DNA of 63,810 nucleotides, the filler included, from Octopus bimaculoides (lineage: Eukaryota), in NCBI RefSeq assembly GCF_001194135.2. It is 11 parts of 10 records of this genome, joined end to end, with 100 filler letters (N's around TTAATTAATTAA, not from the genome) between each part and the next. Parts side by side here need not be neighbours in the genome. Positions count along the whole stretch, not along the records: positions 1 to 1,863 come from NW_026406449.1; positions 1,964 to 19,198 come from NC_068981.1; 9 more parts are not named here. One strand, given 5' to 3'. The position numbers and the translations under genes are program-made. The notes under the pieces were generated by a model that saw only the letters and a list, made by a program, of their open reading frames with translations, was not told the DNA's origin and searched no databases. This document shows positions 1-12,811 of the stretch, in pieces; the first letter of the stretch is position 1; each line of letters begins with the position of its first letter.

Positions 1-35
1 GTATTATCAGACGCTCAGGAAAGGAAGGAAAGAGG

Positions 36-70
36 ATTTAACGTTTCGAGAAAAGCTCTTCTTCAGAAAT
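36..70 (-). ncRNA. Minimal type I hammerhead ribozyme-like motif, Penelope pLTR type
   Basis: The minus strand reads ATTT-CTGAAGA-A-GAG-CTTTT-CTC-GAAAC-GTT-AAAT. This gives the core CUGANGA and GAAA, stem II GAG/CTC, stem I ATTT/AAAT and a palindromic AACGTT stem III. Folded by eye only. Confidence 0.7.
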
Positions 71-734
71 AGAGGAAAGTCCAAAGGAAGGGATGACGGA
101 GAAAGGAAATCGCCAACAATACACACGTGGTTACATTTTGAAATATATATATATAANNNNNNNNNNACGTGGTTACATTTTGAAATATATATATATAAAC
201 ACATACACATATATATTTATGTATGCATGTATGTATATGTATATGTATATGAATATATGTGTGTAATTAATTAGTTTAATTGAGAAGAGAAATCAAATCG
301 ATGTTATGTATGTTTCCCTAAACACAAATAAATGTACATATATGGAATCTTTACAACATAAAAACTGAGGATTATAAAAATATTATACTCAAGGAGCTCC
401 GTAAATGATATAAAATGGAACCCAGCTCTACTTTAAGGAACATTTATAAAGAATACTGGAGTACAGTGTGTGGACTCGGACTGGAGCCTACTACATCTAC
501 TTAGCCTACTACANNNNNNNNNNAGTGTGTGGACTCGGACTGGAGCCTACTACATCTACTTAGCCTACTACACCTAAACCTCCAAAAATTAATTTGTAAG
601 AGCACAAACCTAATTTTGTTAGTAAAACCTCATTGAGATTGATTTGTTTGTTAAGATCAGATACNNNNNNNNNNTATGTTGAGTAAGTTAATTATCGATA
701 GATTTGTTCCTGAACTTACTTTTAATGTTGAGTT

Positions 735-1745
735 AAGCCTATGGCCAAGTACAACTTACGTTATAGATTGGTTTTAACAAAATGCATCAGAGAGATTATA
801 AATTCGTTCAAACAGCTATTATTGACAGCTGCTATTCAGCATAAACCCTTTTAGATAAATCACTAATCTTTGCTACTAAGAAATCGAAATTAACAAGGAG
901 AAATAGCGATATAATTCTTACTGCTAGTAGAATACTTATCAACTTCAANNNNNNNNNNNNNNNNNNNNNNNNNNNNNNNNNNNNNNNNNNNNNNNNNNNN
1001 NNNNNNNNNNNNNNNNNNNNNNNNNNNNNNNNNNNNNNNNNNNNNNNNNNNNNNNNNNNNNNNNNNNNNNNNNNNNNNNNNNNNNNNNNNNNNNNNNNNN
1101 NNNNNNNNNNNNNNNNNNNNNNNNNNNNNNNNNNNNNNNNNNNNNNNNNNNNNNNNNNNNNNNNNNNNNNNNNNNNNNNNNNNNNNNNNNNNNNNNNNNN
1201 NNNNNNNNNNNNNNNNNNNNNNNNNNNNNNNNNNNNNNNNNNNNNNNNNNNNNNNNNNNNNNNNNNNNNNNNNNNNNNNNNNNNNNNNNNNNNNNNNNNN
1301 NNNNNNNNNNNNNNNNNNNNNNNNNNNNNNNNNNNNNNNNNNNNNNNNNNNNNNNNNNNNNNNNNNNNNNNNNNNNNNNNNNNNNNNNNNNNNNNNNNNN
1401 NNNNNNNNNNNNNNNNNNNNNNNNNNNNNNNNNNNNNNNNNNNNNNNNNNNNNNNNNNNNNNNNNNNNNNNNNNNNNNNNNNNNNNNNNNNNNNNNNNNN
1501 NNNNNNNNNNNNNNNNNNNNNNNNNNNNNNNNNNNNNNNNNNNNNNNNNNNNNNNNNTGATCAATTTTATAGTTACTAATGTTCCCTCCAGAATTTTTAA
1601 GTTATTGGTTAATAAAGACTTTATTAATAAAAATTCAAACTACTGTAGTAGTGCTGTTCGGAAACTATTCAATATTGACAACTCTAAATATAATGAATCG
1701 TATTCTGCTAAAAATAATTTTAATAAATCTAGAGTCAAGTTTGAA
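735..1745 (+). mobile_element. Penelope-like element (PLE) reverse transcriptase relic, middle hidden in an N gap
   Basis: Before the gap it translates LSLWPSTTYVIDWF and, after a frameshift, YKFVQTAIIDSCYSA*TLLDKSLIFA...DIILTASRIL, resembling the PLE RT segment FxQFDIxxFYPSI..LL.KAL.FA. After the gap, NFIVTNVPSRIFKLLVNKDF resembles the PLE post-RT region. Stops and frameshifts are present. Confidence 0.55.
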
Positions 1746-1863
1746 AGTAGTTCTAGTTAAGATCTCTTGGCTGTGCATAGTATGAATAATAATCCTAAAT
1801 GTTTAGAGACAGCCAGGCATCACGCTAATTTTCATCAGCAGTATAGGAAAAAGTTTACCAATA

Positions 1864-1963
1864 NNNNNNNNNNNNNNNNNNNNNNNNNNNNNNNNNNNNN
1901 NNNNNNNTTAATTAATTAANNNNNNNNNNNNNNNNNNNNNNNNNNNNNNNNNNNNNNNNNNNN
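1864..1963. other. Assembly gap marker: 44 N + TTAATTAATTAA + 44 N (first of ten)
   Basis: The same 12-mer (stop codon in all six frames) sits at the centre of exact 100-nt N blocks. Linker starts are at 1908, 19243, 22628, 39190, 43677, 47010, 53619, 58347, 60282 and 62322. Confidence 0.95.
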
Positions 1964-1967
1964 TATA

Positions 1968-2003
<36 letters not shown>

Positions 2004-2040
2004 TGTATGTATGTATGTATGTGTGTATATATAGACACGC

Positions 2041-2160
2041 ACTCATAAGTTACCGGTTTCAAAAATAAAGACTGAAGGTGATTATATTTGAATAACTCCT
2101 GTAAGTTTGTACCCTAGCATGGTCACAGGCTAATGACTGAATCAAGTGAATAGAAAAAGA
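2041..2160 (+). mobile_element. Degenerate 3' part of a tRNA-derived SINE
   Basis: ...ccctagcatggtcacaggctaatgactgaatcaagtgaatagaaaaaga resembles the SINE tails at 57587-57640 and 63035-63090. Confidence 0.5.
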
Positions 2161-5100
2161 TAATATATATGTGCATACATGTGTGTATGTGTGCATGTGT
2201 TTGTGTTTCTAGAGGCGTTTGTATGTTTGTCTACTGTTCCGTGTTAGTAAGATGAACCAAATATATGTCTCCATCTGCTGAGAAATAAGGATTATTTAAT
2301 AAACACAATAGATATATTTTATGATTTACTATTAGTTTCATGTGATGAAGACAAGTCAGACAGCATTTTATAACACGCCTTCACGCGATCTTCTGACTCT
2401 GCCTATATGCCATAACAATTTTGTTATGCCATGCGGGCATAACTTCATGATTGCATGAAGGCACCAGACCTATTATGATATACTGAAACTATTAGTATAT
2501 CATAAAAATGCATGCTGTGTTTGTGTGCATGAATTAAGCCATCATCTCACCCAAAGTTCATATTCTACTGGATTAATCCTACGACTTCCTTTGCTCTAAT
2601 GCCTATTCTGTCATAATTATTATATTGATGGAAGGTTGTTCGTGACCCGAAATATTCATAAACTACTTCTCCCATAGGAAATTCGCGTTGGGATATACTC
2701 AGAGCAAATGCTAGACAACCAATGACGTTCTGCTGATTATCCTCCCAGCTTGTTTCCAGCCATTCTTGGCGACTCGCGTGTTCGTTATTCGAGATATTTA
2801 TTATTCGTGGTCCGTGACATCATATGTTCGGAAAATTCATCGTAAAGCAATTTGTGTCTCTGTCTGCAAACAGAACCTGATTTTAGCTTGCCATTTTGCT
2901 GCCTACATTTTGAATATTTTTATAATATTCCTTTTTCTTAGTCGTTGTACGAAACTGTCCGAGGATTTCATTTTCATCTAGAAAGTAACAGAAATAGATT
3001 GTAAATTCAATTTCTCAAACGAGGCGAGGAATTTGAATCTACTGGCTGGAACGTTTGTTACATTGTGAGATTGTTTTTTTCACGTGTGCTTAGATTNNNN
3101 NNNNNNNNNNNNNNNNNNNNNNNNNNNNNNNNNNNNNNNNNNNNNNNNNNNNNNNNNNNNNNNNNNNNNNNNNNNNNNNNNNNNNNNNNNNNNNNNNNNN
3201 NNNNNNNNNNNNNNNNNNNNNNNNNNNNNNNNNNNNNNNNNNNNNNNNNNNNNNNNNNNNNNNNNNNNNNNNNNNNNNNNNNNNNNNNNNNNNNNNNNNN
3301 NNNNNNNNNNNNNNNNNNNNNNNNNNNNNNNNNNNNNNNNNNNNNNNNNNNNNNNNNNNNNNNNNNNNNNNNNNNNNNNNNNNNNNNNNNNNNNNNNNNN
3401 NNNNNNNNNNNNNNNNNNNNNNNNNNNNNNNNNNNNNNNNNNNNNNNNNNNNNNNNNNNNNNNNNNNNNNNNNNNNNNNNNNTAGGATATTTAGTCATTA
3501 TTGATCTGTTTTAGCTGTCAATCAATAGATATTTTAATGCGACAAATGAAATTGTCCTGCCAATCTTGCTATAATAAATCAATTTATATAGCTTTGTTCG
3601 TATATAATGTAAAAAGAAAACACACGAATGCAGGAATATCTAAAGGAGTTACTATTGTATAAAGCATAATGGCGAATGAATGGAGGTAGTGAAATTCAAT
3701 CCGTTCTAAATATGTCTGTCTTTATATAGTGGCTGTGAATAATATAAACCAACTCAAGGACTCGAAATAATTAACGCCCTAAGTGATTCGCATTTCTCAC
3801 TATTACATTTCCGTTCAATTGTGCAAAGACACAAGAGTGTTGTGCTAGATATAACCAGTTAAAATGCCAATTTATATTGCTGTTGCCTATTTTCTCCATT
3901 ATTTCTATTTCTTATCCTAGGACCTTGAGACTATGTCAAGTCGCTTACATTCAAAATGTTCTCTCACTACGATAACAATAATTAGATATCTCAAAAGAAC
4001 CTGACACCCACCAACACAATTTCTCATTTGTGTTTCATTTGCTAGATGTCCCTAATTGTTTTCAAATCAATAAGAAAGCCTATATATTGTTATTAGATTC
4101 CCTGAATGAAACAAAACGTTTTCCATACAATTCGTTGCTTTAATATATATAAAAATATCAGGTTTGTTAACACTGGTCTGTTATAACTGGGATAAAGTGC
4201 ATTTAAAAGGGAACAACCTTTTCCGATTACAAAGATGATCATCAATTTTTCGAATGTCTCCCGTTTGACGTTCGGGTAGCAATTTTATTTTATATCTAAA
4301 GTCATCATCGTTAGGGACTTCAATGCTTCCCTTGTAGTAAAAGGCATCTATGTATACCACCACAGAATATTGAATTATAAACACTGCGCGCCCATTTGTA
4401 TCTGCAGCTACTCTCGTATTTCACATTACAGATATGCTCCAAAGATTTCGTTCTATTCGTTACATTCTTTACGAGCTTTTACCTAGTCATCGCTCTCTAA
4501 GTTCTAAATGGACCATAACAATCGATCTTTCTATCGGGACAACCTTCTACTTCCGTATCTCTTTCGACCAGTCGTTTGTCAAACCTGCTTCAATTATAAA
4601 GTCTCTAACACAGAAGGTGATAATAAAGTAAATCTTTCAACTTATGTACTATGATTTTCTCATTCAACAGAAGAATATTAGTCAACTTCTTCAAATGTTT
4701 ATCTCTGGCATCCGATATAGTACGAATCATGATTAAATACTCTCCTTACTTCTCTGTGATCAATTTCATGCCGTATATCCAGCAGAGAGGCAAGTTGTGC
4801 CTAAAAACGTTAATAGAAGGCACACAGAATGACATGCTGTCAGAGATTTTTGATAAGTTATCATTTAAATCGTCTGAAGGATTACACAATATAATGCAGA
4901 GATGAAATCTGTGAAAATGGGTCAAAACAGTTTGCAAATACCCTCTGACTACATATAATTGAATAACAGAAGTTACTTTGAATCACACAAATGTTTTATC
5001 AACAAACTACCAACTCAACAACTGCTTGACAACTGTTGAGATCTTGTTCCCTCTCCGTAGAATGTACAATTATGAGTTCAACGCTACTAAACCACCAAAG

Positions 5101-6402
5101 TCTTATAAATCAACTTGGCCAAGGAAATGATCGAAAGTTGTCTTTGTTAACTGAGGGCGCAAGATATAAGAAAAGTAACAAAAGTGTGAATTATCACAGG
5201 TGGAAGCAACAGTGTCATTTATTTACTCTTATATGGACGATGTCTAAGTCCATTAGCTCATAAAATAGAGTTATCATTTTTGGTCCAATGCAAACGCTAT
5301 ATATATTCGGGATTACATTTTAATTAATGCAATTTTCACCCAGCATACAAATTATACAACAGAGCGGGAAAGCTCTGTAAAAAAAACCATCACACGTCTT
5401 CTCGGAATCTATACAATAGATGTTTCCTCCCTCTTCAGACAATAACGTATATTCTTTTTTTAGTTTCCCTTATAATTTTACTGAGCATACATTCCCTTTT
5501 GATGTTCTAACCAGTGATGACCCCATTAGCAAGTCTGAAGTAGGTTCATTAACAAGCAATCTCACTTTGCTTGACGTTTAATTCACTAACTTTTGTTTAG
5601 ATGACGCGACTCTTACCCATTAACGTTAACTGTTGGAAGTTCAATCTTGAAGTCACATTTCGATGTGAACAAGTTTGTATTTGCATATTTAAGATTCTTT
5701 TATCATCCACAATAGCAGGCTGACATATATTATTTAGCACAAGATTTATGAGATGTTTACTAATTGTAACGCTCTCTGATTTATATAATTAGTTTTTCTC
5801 TTTGATAATTCGGATTAGTTTATGTAGTGTTACTATATTCACTAGTATTTTCTACGTCAAGCAGAATATAGTGTTTGTTCCTGATGTCTTTAATGCCAGT
5901 TCATTCCTGTTTGTATAGATGTTGTATTAGTAGTAGTTGTTGTTAACGCCAGTATGTCAACATAAATGCTCTTAACGTAGACGTTTGGTGTTGTGTTATT
6001 GTACTATATCTGGCAATTGGAGTGAAGGTATTACTTGGATTTGAGATTGCATAAATATATAACAGGGATATATCACAGAATAATATAGCGACAATACTAC
6101 AGCAATGTCGTTCACATGCATTTTATCTTGCAGAAAGGTGGCTAGATAGTCACAAACTTTTAGAAAATATATACAATGGTTTTAGTAAAATTATCGGATC
6201 TATTCCATCTCAATCACAGATTTTAAATTAACTTTTTAAAACAAAAGTTTGAAAGATAGTTGTGGACTCCTTACACTATGGTGTTAATTCTTCGAACAGA
6301 TTGGTGAGATTTAGTAGAGATGACCCGGGAGGTGTACCTATTCGATTACTATCGCAAACAGATTACTATCGCAAACAGCAATAGGTGTCTTCAAACGAAT
6401 AA

Positions 6403-6542
6403 TCGTCGTTGATTGGTTGAAATTACCCAAATACGACAAATTTAACACAAAATAACTTCTAAAATACGAAATTTTGTCAGAAAAGTTCTACGTGAGAAAT
6501 TCTACCAGTATTTGAAGATTCAAACTGTTTAGATAAAAACAA
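6403..6542. repeat. Solo copy of the arm of the 22.7-23.3 kb foldback element
   Basis: gattggttgaaattacccaaatacgacaaatttaacacaaaataacttc...ttctaccagtat...aaaacaa matches the right arm at 23155-23306 and the reverse complement of 22684-22868. Confidence 0.65.
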
Positions 6543-8949
6543 TTAATTAAAAAATCTCTGATTGAGATGGAAGAGATTCAAATTTTGTCATGATTTCGCC
6601 TCATGAGAAATAGTTATTCATAATCGTATTATAGACAAATAAGAAAAAAATATGTTCCATGGCGTAAACCGGNNNNNNNNNNNNNNNNNNNNNNNNNNNN
6701 NNNNNNNNNNNNNNNNNNNNNNNNNNNNNNNNNNNNNNNNNNNNNNNNNNNNNNNNNNNNNNNNNNNNNNNNNNNNNNNNNNNNNNNNNNNNNNNNNNNN
6801 NNNNNNNNNNNNNNNNNNNNNNNNNNNNNNNNNNNNNNNNNNNNNNNNNNNNNNNNNNNNNNNNNNNNNNNNNNNNNNNNNNNNNNNNNNNNNNNNNNNN
6901 NNNNNNNNNNNNNNNNNNNNNNNNNNNNNNNNNNNNNNNNNNNNNNNNNNNNNNNNNNNNNNNNNNNNNNNNNNNNNNNNNNNTATATATATATATATAT
7001 ATATATATATTTAGCTAATGACAGTATTCTGAAAGACTGCAAGTTAACGTATGATTCGTCATCTACTCATTACATTTAGCTGATGGCATTGCTTAAAAAG
7101 ACCTGCAAATAAAGATATGCGCAAATTCTGTGAATCAATAAATTCAAAATGTGAAGGACTCCTTCAGAATAATAGAAAATTTATGGATACAAACCCATAT
7201 TCAAAATTCCAGAATAGACGTTTACAACTGGTTCAGCCGTTGACCTGCTAGGCATTAAGTACTTATTAGGTAGAATATTTTCGGAAGAATTAAGAATTAA
7301 GAATGGAAAGAATATAATGCATAGAAGTGTGCTCGGTTTGGCAGTGAGAGACCTCAGTAGTTTACAGTATGGACACTCTGTAGTTGTCGCTTTGTCAATA
7401 TTTGTATCACCTGTAATCGGATACTACATATCCACTGCTTCAATTAATGGGTCACAAGATAAAACATGAGTCTTAGTTTAAAGCACTCAGGACTCAGAGA
7501 ATAGCTGGTTTGTAAACGTGACGCGTCATGTAATTATCCCCCCTGCTTAAGAGGTAATTAAGTCCTGTGTTTCATGGGACAGCTAAGGAGAGGAGGAGGG
7601 TGGTAGAGTACTGTGTGTATACTCATGTAGAAGAGAAAAGGGAAACACCGCTGTGTTTGTTTTTACGGAAATTGATTAATCTCCTGAATATGAGGTGCAG
7701 CCCTATGATCACTGACATCTATAAACAAGGCTTATGAATGGGCATACATGGCGAAGCCGACACATATACACCCAATCAAGCACACATACCTACTCAAACG
7801 CGTTCACACGCATATATACATGAGTAAATATGTAGCAGTCACTCTGTCTAGGTGTTTCACATACAATAACCTTCCACCTGTAGAGTTTGAGTATATGTAT
7901 GCATATAGTGGATCTGTGAGTAAATCTATTATTTTCTAAGAATGTTCTATTACGAGTATATTCTTATTACCGAACTGAAGTGTACATTTGTAACTGCATA
8001 TGTCCAACTTCAGCAGTTTTCATTTGTATATTCAGCTGCGTTTGTGTACATTGAAGTATTAACGTAACAGTCTGTATAGGTATTTCATAGCGTAAGTGAA
8101 CGCAAACACACACAGACACACAAATACACCTATGGATAAGTGTGTGTATGTATCTATTTATGTATATATGTATGCATGTATGCATGTATGTATATGTACG
8201 TATGCATGTATTCATGTATGTACGTACGAATATATATATATNNNNNNNNNNNNNNNNNNNNNNNNNNNNNNNNNNNNNNNNNNNNNNNNNNNNNNNNNNN
8301 NNNNNNNNNNNNNNNNNNNNNNNNNNNNNNNNNNNNNNNNNNNNNNNNNNNNNNNNNNNNNNNNNNNNNNNNNNNNNNNNNNNNNNNNNNNNNNNNNNNN
8401 NNNNNNNNNNNNNNNNNNNNNNNNNNNNNNNNNNNNNNNNNNNNNNNNNNNNNNNNNNNNNNNNNNNNNNNNNNNNNNNNNNNNNNNNNNNNNNNNNNNN
8501 NNNNNNNNNNNNNNNNNNNNNNNNNNNNNNNNNNNNNNNNNNNNNNNNNNNNNNNNNNNNNNNNNNNNNNNNNNNNNNNNNNNNNNNNNNNNNNNNNNNN
8601 NNNNNNNNNNNNNNNNNNNNNNNNNNNNNNNNNNNNNNNNNNNNNNNNNNNNNNNNNNNNNNNNNNNNNNNNNNNNNNNNNNNNNNNNNNNNNNNNNNNN
8701 NNNNNNNNNNNNNNNNNNNNNNNNNNNNNNNNNNNNNNNNNNNNNNNNNNNNNNNNNNNNNNNNNNNNNNNNNNNNNNNNNNNNNNNNNNNNNNNNNNNN
8801 NNNNNNNNNNNNNNNNNNNNNNNNNNNNNNNNNNNNNNNNNNNNNNNNNNNNNNNNNNNNNNNNNNNNNNNNNNNNNNNNNNNNNNNNNNNNNNNNNNNN
8901 NNNNNNNNNNNNNNNNNNNNNNNNNNNNNNNNNNNNNNNNNNNNNNNNN

Positions 8950-8990
<41 letters not shown>

Positions 8991-9937
8991 GTATAGATAG
9001 ATAGATATAGATATATATACACACACGCACACACGCACACACGCACATATATATAGATACTTAGTCTCTCCTCTCGCTCCCCTCCCATTCCCCCGCTCAT
9101 ACCCTCTCTTTACCGCTCCCTGTATCTCTCTTTACCTATACAAATACATGTATGTGTGTATGTATATATGTATGTATGTATGTGTGTTTGTATGTATGCA
9201 AGTATCTATGCATCATCTATTTACTGTCACATTCAATAAAGTTTAGTCGAAACTTTCTTCTTTATAAATACACTTTTCAGTTGCATATTTATTAGCATTT
9301 TACTTCTTTACTAATTTATTTTTACATTATTTTTATTTTCCATTCATTTTTCAGGAAATATCCGTCTATGTAGAAAACTCATTAACATGTACGCGTTATT
9401 GTTTGTTTTTTCTCGTATAGAACGTTTTCACTATCAATTGCCTCTCTTGTTGCATGGTTCTGTTAGAAATTCTCGATTTTCCTTATCAGCATAACGTCTA
9501 TATTTCACACTGACACAATAAATTATATAATATCAGATATGTATGTTGGTATGTATGTCGGTATGCTATTTCTTTCAAGATTTATTTCAAGATTTCTTGG
9601 CAATAGAGAAAGAACCGGTTTCTAACCTAGGTCCAAGGCTCCTTCATTGGAATTTCAACAACATCAGGATATTTTATTTGTAAGTATGTATATAGGAAGA
9701 TGTGTATGTTTTGTCTTATGTATGTATACTCATGCATATAGTTGCCTATCTAGACAAGCTCATATCTATCTATCTNNNNNNNNNNNNNNNNNNNNNNNNN
9801 NNNNNNNNNNNNNNNNNNNNNNNNNNNNNNNNNNNTTTATGTCTTGCAAATATATACCTAAATATATATAATATGTATATACGTATGTATGTGTGTAATT
9901 ATGCACGCATGCATGTGTGTATGCATTATGTATTTAA

Positions 9938-9968
<31 letters not shown>

Positions 9969-11072
9969 TAGAGTAGATTATTTTTTCCAATATATAGAAT
10001 ATAGTCCTTAGTATAAATACACGCTTGCTACCATTTCGAATATACTTCAAGTTTATTCGTACACGTAAGGAAGTCATTGATTGTATTTATCACATACTCT
10101 GTATTTTTGTCATATTTACTACAATATATATATATTACAAATATCTTTTTGTTATTGTTTATCGAAAGTCTAAACTACTGTCGATAATATTAGCTCGAAA
10201 ACTCTCCTATCAAAACGATGAAGGCTGTCTGTGGGAATTGAACCCACATCTTCTGAAGATAGACAGTACAAGTGTTCTAAAATTTGGAGACAAGTGATCC
10301 TTTGATTTACGGTATTCATTTTGGTAATTTGTTTTATGTGTGAATCTCTTCCGAAGTTGCACAAATCCGTAAAGAAATAACTCCATGGTGGAGGATCAAC
10401 TTAAATAAAAAGCATGTGCTGGCTGAAAATTGTGGACTACGCGAGACTCGAATCATGTAGATGGTGCATTCGGTGAGACACACAGCAACTATTTCTATTA
10501 ATCCTAGAAGTGTATAAAAAGCTATTCATACAGATGTTACCAGCGATGTTTCTCTTTGTCAACATATATCTATAATGACGAAGGTTTACCGACCACATAA
10601 GTTTGAAATACTATGAGCAATCTAACTGGAATACCTTTCTAGAGGATCTGAAACATACTGCTCAACTTAAGAGGTTGGTGTCTACCGGTTTTTTTGTAGC
10701 TGCACTTGTATTTGACGATACCCGCTTGCCCATTAGCCACTCGTGTGAAGCAGGCATGACTTTTCGATAGGCCATATTTCTTGGCCGAGCGTTCTGTTTT
10801 TTTGGTTGATGAGCTTTAATCGTTCGTTAGGTTGTTCACCTTCGGTCTATGATGTGGACTGTTCTGGTGCTGTTATTTTCATTCTTTTGAAAGCGATTTA
10901 CGGAGAATGTGTGCATATCTTGCTGTATTATATTGCGTATGCTATACATATTCGTAAGGTCTAGTATTTTGGTTACGTATTTGCAGCTATATTTTTAAGC
11001 ATACCTAATACACATAGTAAAAATATTATTTTTTGCCGTCAGGCTGTCTTTACATTTCTTTCATTTTTTTTT

Positions 11073-11205
11073 ATCAGTGTTTGTAGCTGAGCGTTGATAC
11101 TTCCAAGCGCGCCAATTATTATTGGTATCACTTCCACTATCTTTATTATCCACAACCTGAGTATTTTCTACTACAAATCATCATAGTTGTTCAGTTTTTC
11201 TTCTT
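11073..11205 (-). mobile_element. R4/Dong-type non-LTR retrotransposon, restriction-like endonuclease C-terminal relic
   Basis: The minus strand translates KLNNYDDL**KILRLWIIKIVEVIPIIIGALGS, matching the RLE motif K..KY.DL..E..RLW...V.PIIIGALG. Confidence 0.55.
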
Positions 11206-11364
11206 TATTCTCTTTGACCTTCTTGTCACTGAGAAAGGGTATGTCGATTACCGTGCAAGTTATTTTCTACTGTGTTCACTATATCAATGTAAGGAGTCTG
11301 ATCTGATGGTAACACTGAATCATTACACGCTATAGGCTTTTGCAATCTCAATTTTGCAGTTATA

Positions 11365-11880
11365 ATAATACTAATTATTATTATTTGTTTTGACTCAGAA
11401 TCTGTCTTATTCCTGGTAGGAATTATGTAGGTCTCCACAAGTTTCCAGTAGTCTTCCAAGTGCTTTTAACCTTCCTGATAATCATTGATGTCTCTAAGAC
11501 GCAAACTTTCTGTGGGAGCTCTAGAGAGTATTCTGTCAAATTTCCTTCAGGCATTTGTCTATATCTTGGTTTACTGTTCCCAACGCACAAGTTATTATAG
11601 GCACGACCTTTAAAGTTTTCATATTCCAAATTCATCCTATTTCAAATTTTAAGGGATTGTGTTTTTGTTTTTCGTCCTCTTTCCTTACGATCCTGGAATC
11701 AAACAGGCATGATGATCTAATTAGTAAGCAACTTGTCTCTTCTTTATCTATAATTTTTATGCCCGGTCTATAATTTTTCTAACTTCCCCGTTTGAAGAGG
11801 AAGTCCCACGAAATCTTATATTTCTCCGATTCCAGTACTTTTTCGACTGGATGAATGTACCACGTGTTTCAAGCTTCAAA
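11365..11880 (-). mobile_element. R4/Dong-type non-LTR retrotransposon 3' end (RLE domain relic)
   Basis: Frameshifted minus-strand pieces WNMKTLKVVPIITCALGTV and LPQKVCVLETSMIIRKV, followed by a short 3' UTR ending in a (TAA)-like tail. The 5' side abuts (TTA)n. Confidence 0.6.
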
Positions 11881-12128
11881 TTATTATTATTATTATTATT
11901 ATTATTNNNNNNNNNNNNNNNNNNNNNNNNNNNNNNNNNNNNNNNNNNNNNNNNNNNNNNNNNNNNNNNNNNNNNNNNNNNNNNNNNNNNNNNNNNNNNN
12001 NNNNNNNNNNNNNNNNNNNNNNNNNNNNNNNNNNNNNNNNNNNNNNNNNNNNNNNNNNNNNNNNNNNNTCTTCTTCTTCTTCTTATTATTATTATTATTA
12101 TCATTATTGTTGTTGTTGTTGTTGTTGC

Positions 12129-12159
<31 letters not shown>

Positions 12160-12189
12160 CTTGTTCTTCTTCTTCTTCTTCTTCTTCTT

Positions 12190-12254
<65 letters not shown>

Positions 12255-12272
12255 TATTATTATTGTTGTTGA
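11881..12272. repeat. Compound trinucleotide microsatellite (TTA)n/(TTC)n/(TTG)n
   Basis: Directly visible. It generates the poly-L/F/I/N/K pseudo-ORFs in the ORF track. Confidence 0.95.
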
Positions 12273-12811
12273 GTGAGAGAGCAGTACATGCCATCAAAGT
12301 CACACCGGGGAAAAATATACGAAGCCCATTATACCCTTCATGACTACCCGTCTGATAGGGGTACACCAGGAACATGCATCACAACCATATGTGCGCGGCA
12401 TTGTGATCTCATATCAAGACAAACAGTGCATGACCTCGCAGTTGGGGCCTAGTTAGAATTTTTTTCAGGTCAAGTAGCCCATCCCACCCAAAAGGTCCCT
12501 GAATAAGGCTTGTTTAAGGATGTTGAGCAAAACAACCATGTTTTCAAAGGTGAATTATTCAAACCCAAAAGAATTCCTCTCAACACATGGCTATGATGCT
12601 CCCCCACTACTTCTGCTCATGATCAGAGATGCACATATCGCCAGCCACCAAGGGACATGCTCAACTGGTTAAGGTCCAACAACTGACAAGCAGATCTGTG
12701 GTATTAAGCAGAATATTTGCTGTAGACCATCATTTATACAATGTACATGATAACACTTGAAATCAATTAAGATCAGAAGCCATGAGAGCCACTGTCTGGT
12801 ACTTCATCCGG

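Noticed and set aside
125-575. Direct repeats flanking 10-N gaps (125-200, 463-573; also 42967-43045 and around 41965)
   Set aside because: Identical sequence on both sides of a 10-N spacer is the signature of unmerged contig overlaps, not of biological duplication.
5415-5445. CTGAAGA...GAAAC on the minus strand
   Set aside because: Only GGGAG lies between the core halves, so there is no stem II, and there is no stem I pairing.
10215-10275. tRNA-like B-box hairpins (also about 46285-46340, 53526-53574, 57095-57160)
   Set aside because: No complete cloverleaf can be drawn. They are better explained as SINE heads than as tRNA genes.
12580-12640. THGYDAPP peptide resembling the MXD EHGYAS exon
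   Set aside because: There are no suitable splice sites and the flanking residues do not match. It lies in what looks like an interspersed repeat (12273-12755), which I could not classify from this window alone.
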